DNA from: Clostridia bacterium
Lineage (GTDB): Bacteria > Bacillota > Clostridia > Christensenellales > CAG-138
Length of the DNA stretch: 64,000 nt
Direction of reading: 5' to 3'
NCBI GenBank assembly: GCA_036651815.1
Contig: JAVVXB010000001.1
Location: 62,640 to 126,639, forward strand
Numbering within the stretch: position 1 is the first letter of the stretch; every line of letters begins with the position of its first letter. Positions 58,124 to 64,000 of this stretch are shown in pieces. The notes beneath the pieces were generated by a model. That model saw nothing but the letters and a program-made list of their open reading frames with translations. It was not told where the DNA came from and searched no databases. Both the position numbers and the translations under genes were made by a program.

Positions 58124-58764
58124 ATCCGTATAAAATATTGGGCGTGAGTGAAAACGCAACGCAGGAGGAAATCCGTGCGGCGTATCTGGAGCTTGTCAAA
58201 AAATATCACCCCGACAAGTATACGGACAATCCCCTCAAGGAATTGGCGGGGGAAAAGCTCAAGGAAATCAATCAGGCATATGAGATGCTGACAAAAAAAC
58301 CAAGCAGCTCGTCAACTTCGGGCAGCTATGGTTCCGGTGGCTCCTATGGCGGCTATTCTAACGCCGGTTCCGGATACAGCCGCACGGAGGGTTCGCCTTA
58401 CAGCGGACCAAACGCAACGGAATTCAACCGTGCGCGGGCGTTCATTAACCAAAATAATCTGAATGCAGCCCGCAGCATCCTTGACCGCGTTTCGGCCCAC
58501 AATGCAGAATGGTACTATCTGTATGGAATCATCTATCTGCGACAGGGCTGGTATGAAAAGGCGCGCGAGTGCATTGAAAAAGCCTATCGAACTGACCCGG
58601 ATAACAATGAGTACCGCAATGCGTACACCTCGCTAAACAATGCCGGACGCACCTACCAAGCCAATAACTATGGCGGTGGAAACGGCATGGGGAATACGGT
58701 TTGCTGTAGCATGTGCCCAGCGCTGATGTGTCTGGATTGCTGCACGGGCGGTTGCTTCTGCTAA
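58120..58764 (+). CDS. J-domain protein with TPR-like segment and C-terminal cysteine string
   Basis: [33 protein letters not shown] (J domain with HPD), a Gly/Ser/Tyr-rich linker, a TPR-like helix pair ([26 protein letters not shown]), and the tail [20 protein letters not shown]. Confidence 0.8.
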   Translation: MNPYKILGVSENATQEEIRAAYLELVKKYHPDKYTDNPLKELAGEKLKEINQAYEMLTKKPSSSSTSGSYGSGGSYGGYSNAGSGYSRTEGSPYSGPNATEFNRARAFINQNNLNAARSILDRVSAHNAEWYYLYGIIYLRQGWYEKARECIEKAYRTDPDNNEYRNAYTSLNNAGRTYQANNYGGGNGMGNTVCCSMCPALMCLDCCTGGCFC

Positions 58765-58856
58765 GCGCTGCTCTGCTTAAAAAGCAACGATATGGATACG
58801 TATCGTGGCTCGCTAATTTTGCAAAGATTACACCAAGATATTGATTTTATCAAAGG

Positions 58857-58899
58857 ACGATACTTTTCTTTTGCAGAAAAAGAAAAGTATCGTTTGTTT
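58857..58899 (+). terminator. Strong hairpin / Rho-independent terminator after the J-domain gene
   Basis: Perfect 16-bp stem ACGATACTTTTCTTTT-gcaga-AAAAGAAAAGTATCGT followed by TTGTTT. Confidence 0.8.
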
Positions 58900-58922
58900 C
58901 ATCTGTAGGCACACTATTCCCT

Positions 58923-61250
58923 ATGCGAAGTACCATTTTGCCATATGCGGCGCAATACCGCAAATATCGGCGCAGACAGCGCGGACGCATTGCGTTTGCG
59001 TTGCTGCTGTTGTTTGGAGCGGGGCTTGCGTTTGCCGCTTCCGCAGTGTTTGAGATGGATGCGTGGAGCAAGCTGGACATTTCGCGCATTACGCAAGTGC
59101 CGCAGACGCTGATTCTCTATGACCAGTATGACGAAGAAATCACGACGCTGCACGGTGCACAGGATCGAATCTGGATTCCGCTTTCCCAAATTCCCAAACA
59201 AACGCGCGATGCGTTTATCTCTGCTGAAGACGCGCGCTTTTATGATCATTTTGGTGTGGACATTGTGCGTATCCTTGGCGCGGCATGGGCAGATTTGAAA
59301 GCGGGATCGTATGTGCAGGGCGCATCAACCATCAGCCAACAATTGATCAAACTGAGCCATCTAACCAGCGATAAACAGATAAAGCGCAAGCTGGAGGAGG
59401 CCGTGCTGGCTTATCAGATGGAGCGGGTGTGCAGCAAGGAGGAAATCCTTGAAATGTATCTCAATTACGTCTACTTTGGCGGTGGTTATTATGGTGTTGA
59501 GGCGGCGGCACGGGGATACTTTGGTATCCCAGCAAGCGACCTTTCCGTTGCACAGAGTGCGCAGCTGGCAGGTATCCTAAAATCGCCGAGCCGGTTCGCG
59601 CCGCATTTGCAGCCCGTGGCCAGTCAGGGAAGACGGGATGTTGTGCTGTCGCTTATGGAGGAATACGGTTTTCTTTCTCCAAAGGAATGCGCTGCGGCCA
59701 AGGCCGAAGAAGTGAAACTTGTGCATGGCACGCAGCCTGAACGTCGTGGCTATTATGTAGATTTGGCGCTCGGTGAGGCGTGCAAGCAGCTGAATATCAG
59801 CATGGACACACTGCTGACGGGTGGGTATCGTATTGAAACGATGATGGAACCCGATATTCAGATGAATTGCGAACAACTGTTTGCAGACAACGCCTGCTTT
59901 CCACAGGTTGATGGCGAATCGCCGGAAGCGGCCATTGTTATTGTGGATGTGAAAAGCGGCGGAGTGGCAGCCTTACTTGGCGGACGGGAAAACAATGTGG
60001 CACTGGCGTATAACCGCGCTACGCGCATCCGTAGACAGCCGGGATCGGTGATTAAGCCGATTCTCGTGTATGCGCCCGCGTTGGAGACCGGGTACACCGC
60101 GGCTACCATGCTGCTCGACGAGCAAATTGATTTTGACGGTTATCGACCCAGCAGCCCGAGTGATACGTTTGCGGGATGGGTCACCATGCGGGAGGCGGTG
60201 ACTCGTTCCCTTAATGTGCCGGCAGTCTCCGTCATGGCGCAGATTGGCGTTCCTGCCGGGAAAGCGTTTGCCGAGAAGCTGGGGATTGTGTTTGATGAAC
60301 GGGATAAAAGCCTTGCGCTTGCGTTGGGCGGTTTTACCTATGGCGTTTCGCCTATGCAGATTGCGGGTGCGTATGCGATGTTTGCAAATGGTGGACAGTA
60401 CAATATTCCATCGGTGATTGAACGCATTTTGGATAGCCACGGGAACGTTCTTTATACGTACCAGCCGGAGCAGAAGCAGGTAATGAAAGAGGCCAATGCC
60501 TATGTACTCACAAGTATGCTGGAAAGTGCTGTACAGGCGGGCACTGGGAAAAGGCTTGGCGAAAGCGGAATCCCCATCGCTGGGAAAACTGGCACGACCG
60601 GCGACATCACCGGCAATCGCGATATCTGGATGGCTGCTTATAATCCCGACTATGCAGCGGCTGTATGGATGGGCTTTGACGATGCAAAGAATGGAAAGGC
60701 ATTGCCGGAGAGCGCAACGGGCGGCACATATCCTGCATTGTTACTCAAAACGGTATATGCGAAAATTTACGCGGGTAAAACTGCGCCGGATTTCACGATG
60801 CCATCCGGTGTGCGAGAATATCGAATTGACAGTCATACCCTTGACAGCGAACATGTGGCCGTGTTGGCCAATGCACTGACGCCAGAGGGAGAGTTTTATT
60901 CGGAAGTGTTTGTGATTGGAACCGAACCGGCCGAGCTGACAAGCTATTGGCAAATTCCGTCTCCGCCTGCGCGGATTACGGGGACGTATGGAGATAAAAC
61001 TGCGCTGATCTATTTTGAGACGCCGAATCGGTATATTTTATACCGATTGTACCGGGAGAATGCAGAGGGGAAATCCGTGATGGTGGGCGAGTTTTCAGGC
61101 GAAAATGGGAGTGTTGCGTTTGAAGACAATACCATTAAACAAAATGGTACCTATCAATACTATGTGATTCCGGTGCATCCGCGACTGACCATACAGGGGG
61201 AGTCGGTGACTGGACAGGCTTCCATGCGGGTCACAGTGAAAATACAATAA
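58923..61250 (+). CDS. Class A penicillin-binding protein (PBP1A family; GT51 transglycosylase plus transpeptidase)
   Basis: N-terminal TM anchor. GT51 motifs EDARFYDHFGVD and RKLEEAVLAYQME. Transpeptidase motifs SVIK (SxxK) and KTGTT. A C-terminal beta-rich extension. Confidence 0.9.
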   Translation: MRSTILPYAAQYRKYRRRQRGRIAFALLLLFGAGLAFAASAVFEMDAWSKLDISRITQVPQTLILYDQYDEEITTLHGAQDRIWIPLSQIPKQTRDAFISAEDARFYDHFGVDIVRILGAAWADLKAGSYVQGASTISQQLIKLSHLTSDKQIKRKLEEAVLAYQMERVCSKEEILEMYLNYVYFGGGYYGVEAAARGYFGIPASDLSVAQSAQLAGILKSPSRFAPHLQPVASQGRRDVVLSLMEEYGFLSPKECAAAKAEEVKLVHGTQPERRGYYVDLALGEACKQLNISMDTLLTGGYRIETMMEPDIQMNCEQLFADNACFPQVDGESPEAAIVIVDVKSGGVAALLGGRENNVALAYNRATRIRRQPGSVIKPILVYAPALETGYTAATMLLDEQIDFDGYRPSSPSDTFAGWVTMREAVTRSLNVPAVSVMAQIGVPAGKAFAEKLGIVFDERDKSLALALGGFTYGVSPMQIAGAYAMFANGGQYNIPSVIERILDSHGNVLYTYQPEQKQVMKEANAYVLTSMLESAVQAGTGKRLGESGIPIAGKTGTTGDITGNRDIWMAAYNPDYAAAVWMGFDDAKNGKALPESATGGTYPALLLKTVYAKIYAGKTAPDFTMPSGVREYRIDSHTLDSEHVAVLANALTPEGEFYSEVFVIGTEPAELTSYWQIPSPPARITGTYGDKTALIYFETPNRYILYRLYRENAEGKSVMVGEFSGENGSVAFEDNTIKQNGTYQYYVIPVHPRLTIQGESVTGQASMRVTVKIQ

Positions 61251-61318
61251 TCCATTTCGCTTACCGCAAAGCCGGATGAAAATTACCAGCAACATGGCGA
61301 AAATCAGAGAAATGCTGG

Positions 61319-61348
61319 TTGACGAGCCCTCATTGGATTGGATATAAT
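61319..61348 (+). promoter_or_regulatory. Putative sigma-A promoter for the GntR gene
   Basis: TTGACG (61319-61324), an 18-nt spacer, then TATAAT (61343-61348). Confidence 0.45.
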
Positions 61349-61380
61349 ATATAACAGGATAATACATTGAGGGGCTTGAA

Positions 61381-62046
61381 ATGAACTATAAAGAAATTGC
61401 TGACAAGATGGGTCCGCGCATCGGCGCAACGCAGGAATGGGTGTTCCAGGTACTGCGCAATGGGATTGTGAGTGGTTCTTTGTCCGGCGGAACCCAGTTG
61501 AAACAGGACGAGATTTCCGCCGCGCTGAATGTCAGCCATATCCCGGTACGCGAGGCCCTACGCAGATTGGAGGCACAGGGACTTGTAACCATCCATCCAA
61601 ACCGTGGCGCCTCCGTGACGCAACTATCCCGCGAGAGTCTCATTGACATGATGGAGGTGCGCGCAACGCTGTCAGTCATGCTGCTGAAAAACGGGGCTCC
61701 GTTATTCACGCAGGAGGATTACTGTGTATTGGAGCATATCATTGAGGAACAGAAAATGACGGAAGATCTGTTTGCCAGCGAAAATCTCAATTATCAGTTT
61801 CATGGCAGACTCTCCTCCCATGCGGACAATTCTTTTGCCAATCTGTTGATGGAATTGGTTCATGCCAACATTGACCGCTATGTACGCGCGGGTTTCTACC
61901 AAACGCCGGAAACGCGTGGCATTTCGATTGGCCAGCATGAACAGATTGTTGCCGCTTGCCGCAAGGGTGATTATGAAAAGGCTTGCGATTTGCTGCGGGA
62001 TCATATTCTATTTGCACGCGAGCTGATTCCTGCCAATATTAAATAG
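61381..62046 (+). CDS. GntR family transcriptional regulator (FadR/FCD subfamily)
   Basis: N-terminal winged HTH (LKQDEISAALNVSHIPVREALRRLEAQGLV) plus an all-helical FCD-like C-terminal domain. Confidence 0.85.
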   Translation: MNYKEIADKMGPRIGATQEWVFQVLRNGIVSGSLSGGTQLKQDEISAALNVSHIPVREALRRLEAQGLVTIHPNRGASVTQLSRESLIDMMEVRATLSVMLLKNGAPLFTQEDYCVLEHIIEEQKMTEDLFASENLNYQFHGRLSSHADNSFANLLMELVHANIDRYVRAGFYQTPETRGISIGQHEQIVAACRKGDYEKACDLLRDHILFARELIPANIK

Positions 62047-62341
62047 GAAATATAACACTGAATCCGTTAACTTCTGGATGTTGCTTTCCGTAAATGACAG
62101 TGCGGGATGTGCCTTTTACTCTCGGATGTTGCGTTCAATAAAAGATTGCAGCACGGTTGAGCTTTTTTATTTAAGCCCAATGAACCGTGTAGTCCTGGCA
62201 ATGCTGCTAAGATATCTTCTGTCCGAAGATCTCGGCTTGATGCAAGAGTCAATCATGCTGCATTTGCAGCAATGCATGGGCACAGTGGGCTGCAAAGTTA
62301 CCAAGACCATGCCAAGATCTAATAGACTGTTTTTTTACAAA

Positions 62342-62364
62342 AGTCCGCGCGTATAGCGTGGACT
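62342..62364 (+). terminator. Hairpin, possible terminator about 300 nt downstream of the GntR gene
   Basis: AGTCCGCGC-gtata-GCGTGGACT (9 bp including one G-U on the plus-strand RNA), flanked by T7 upstream and CTTTGT downstream. Confidence 0.4.
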
Positions 62365-62397
62365 TCTTTGTATGATGGATTGTATAATGAAGTGCGC

Positions 62398-62409
62398 CGC
62401 CACAAATGG
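62398..62409. repeat. Left terminal inverted repeat of the IS30-like relic
   Basis: CGCCACAAATGG is the exact reverse complement of 63508-63519. Confidence 0.65.
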
Positions 62410-62453
62410 GCAGAAAGATAGTCAAAAATACAATATTCGTGTAGAATGTAGTC

Positions 62454-63523
62454 GTGAGACGTTATTCTAATGAAGGCGACACGATAAACGTCATCATTTT
62501 GCGACATTCAAGCCAAGACGTTCACAAGAAATATTGCCGTTGGGCTACTTCAAAAATATAGCCGCCAAAGTCAACAACATTATCCCTGTATTGACCGAGC
62601 GTTTCGCCGCAATGCGCAGGTGAATAGAGACGTGAAACTGCGTAAGTCGCTTACTCTGCCAAGAAGAACGTAAGCCAGATCACGCGGAAAACAGGATGCA
62701 ATCATTATGACCGTGATGGAGAAGAAGCCAACCGATTTTTGGTCGCCAGAGCAAATTGCAAACCGCATGTCCTTGGGAGAATCAGCTTTATAACCTTAGC
62801 AATTGCCTTCATCAAGGGAAAACTGCTCATGTGCCTAGATAATAGGGCAAGCGACAAAAGCTCCTTGGAAAACGCGGGTAGCTTTCAGCCGGAGGTTCAA
62901 CGCACAATCACCCAAAGGAGGTTCAATCTCGAGAGACCTTGGGAGACTGGGAACTTGACGGTATGGGATCACGCAGAAGCAGAAGCAAAGGCTGCGTTGC
63001 AATCGTTGTAACGCATAAAAGACATTAGAAAATGGTGCTGAAAACGGCTGATAAAACGGTAGAATCTGTGAAAAATTCCATTGCTCAGCTGTATAGTACA
63101 TTGTCAAAAGATGCATTACGATAGTGCCTACTGCACAATTGTGTATTTTAAGCAGCCGCATTTGCCGCTGCAACAAGCGCAGAAAAATTACCGATCGGGG
63201 AAGCGTTTGCTTGCTTTTAAGCTACCAATGACGAGTTGAGTTTACCATTATATTTTGCAGACTCATATTTTTCATGGCAAAGAGGTAGTCATGAAAACGC
63301 AAATGGATTGCTTTGTGCGTTTTGCCCCAAGAAAACGAATCCTGCTTTGGTTGATTGATAGGAACTCACACGGAATCTCTTGCGAATCAACAGCAGATCA
63401 AGAAAGTGTCTTGGATGGAAATCCATCGATTCAAGTCTTTTTGCACGAAGTGGAGAACTTGACTTGACAATTGATCAGATAGAAAAAAGGACGTTTAATG
63501 AAACCAGCCATTTGTGGCGATGA
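62454..63523 (+). pseudogene. IS30-family transposase pseudogene (multiple frameshifts and nonsense codons)
   Basis: Recognisable pieces in order: an HTH-like N-terminus (62460-62560); WSPEQIANRM (from 62740); ERPWETGNLTVWD near the first catalytic D region (~62930); then YFADSYFSWQRGSHENANGLL...PKKT (63251-63340). A TGA TAG pair follows at 63356-63361, then LRINSRSRKCLGWKS (~63380-63425). The pieces use three reading frames. Confidence 0.7.
63508..63519. repeat. Right terminal inverted repeat of the IS30-like relic
   Basis: CCATTTGTGGCG. The transposase reading frame stops 2 nt beyond it (TGA 63521-63523), as is usual for IS30 elements. Confidence 0.65.
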
Positions 63524-63788
63524 CCTCGCTGTACGATCGCAAGTTGATGCATGGGTTGAACAATACGGGCAAAAAAGATCCACTCAGATGGACGACTCAA
63601 GCGTTAAGCCTGCGGTTGATCTTGGGGTAATCGTCCAGTCGGACACGGCATATACACTGATTTTGCTGGAGCGGAGCAGGCCAATGCTCAACGGATTAGT
63701 GATCGCCAAGCAGAATCGAAAAGCTGGCAACAATAGAAAACGGGCCTTTGTGACTTGCCTCACTGTGAAAATGATACAATCAATCTGA

Positions 63789-64000
63789 TTTTATCAGCTT
63801 ACGCGGCCAGGGCAAGTCAATATAAAATTGCGCTGGAGATGACCGCTGATGCGCCTATGCAAACCAATGGATCCACAACATACGCCAGTGCGAACTTTGC
63901 CTATGGGGTGGAAAAGGGCATCAAATCGAGCAGACAACCCACGGCGTTTAAAAACCGGAGGCATCTGCTTCCTGCACCAGCAAAAAGAGGAGACTGGTTT
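63789..64000 (+). pseudogene. Possible relic of a second DDE (rve-type) transposase/integrase, running off the window
   Basis: One frame reads MQTNGSTTYASANFAYGVEKGIKSSRQP, loosely resembling the rve-core pattern HSDxGSxYxS..F...L...GI..S.SR.G. There is no intact long ORF and the window ends. Confidence 0.25.

Larger units (their letters stand above)
62398..63523 (+). mobile_element. Decayed IS30-family insertion sequence (~1.12 kb) bounded by 12-bp inverted repeats
   Basis: IRs CGCCACAAATGG (62398-62409) and CCATTTGTGGCG (63508-63519). The interior encodes IS30-type transposase segments in three frames with internal stops. Confidence 0.7.

Noticed and set aside
62078-62356. 92-codon ORF downstream of the GntR gene.
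   Set aside because: No SD, no recognisable motif, and atypical composition. It ends inside a hairpin. I left it unannotated and describe the region as unassigned.
63130-63240. A second apparent IS30 catalytic-region match (IVYFKQPHLPLQQAQKNYRSG) suggesting two tandem transposase relics.
   Set aside because: The much stronger match, YFADSYFSWQRGSHENANGLL, lies just downstream at 63251-63313. It sits at the distance expected from the N-terminal segments. The first resemblance is therefore probably coincidental or out-of-frame noise.
1-64000. Search for rRNA, tRNA, CRISPR arrays, riboswitches, T-boxes or tmRNA in intergenic regions.
   Set aside because: The intergenic gaps are short. The larger ones (13.5-13.9 kb and 62.0-64.0 kb) show no cloverleaf-like T-arm sequences, no regularly spaced repeats and no recognisable riboswitch cores by eye. 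A covariance-model scan would be needed to exclude small RNAs.

Overview
This is a 64-kb chromosomal window, roughly 50% GC by eye, from an endospore-forming Firmicute of the Clostridia type. That assignment rests on the presence of sigK, a gerA-type germinant-receptor operon and a SleB-like hydrolase, plus Bacillus/Clostridium-style gene order. About 60 CDS are on the + strand and only one is on the - strand, an XRE/S24 repressor at 48.3-49.0 kb. Many neighbouring genes overlap by 4-11 nt (ATGA-type coupling). Most of the window is conserved housekeeping. In order: the cell-division tail (yggS, sepF, divIVA-like) and ygiQ. Then yceD-rpmF, plsX-acpP-rnc-smc-ftsY and ylxM-ffh-rpsP-khpA-rimM-trmD-rplS. 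Then rbgA-rnhB-yraN, comM-dprA-topA-trmFO-hslVU and rnj, ylbF-like, mltG, sigK. Then pepP-like-efp, dgt-dnaG-rpoD, malic enzyme plus ppdK, gerA-type ABC, a class A PBP and a GntR regulator. I recognised no rRNA, tRNA or CRISPR array. Six regions deserve a second look. (1) A 1,283-aa protein that appears to carry two GT-C glycosyltransferase modules and two soluble beta-rich domains, translationally coupled to a GtrA-family gene (19.9-24.2 kb). (2) A signal-peptide-less BMP/Med-like domain fused to a ParB/Srx-like N-terminus and coupled to a metallophosphoesterase, just downstream of rpoD (45.5-48.2 kb). (3) A DUF5685-like gene coupled to a J-domain protein ending in a cysteine string (57.3-58.8 kb). 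(4) A small 2-TM ORF behind gerAC. (5) An AT-rich 416-bp non-coding spacer between ftsY and ylxM. (6) A decayed mobile-element patch at the 3' end, containing a full-length but inactivated IS30-family element bounded by 12-bp inverted repeats (62.4-63.5 kb). All functional calls come from reading the translated ORFs against remembered family signatures. No database search was run.
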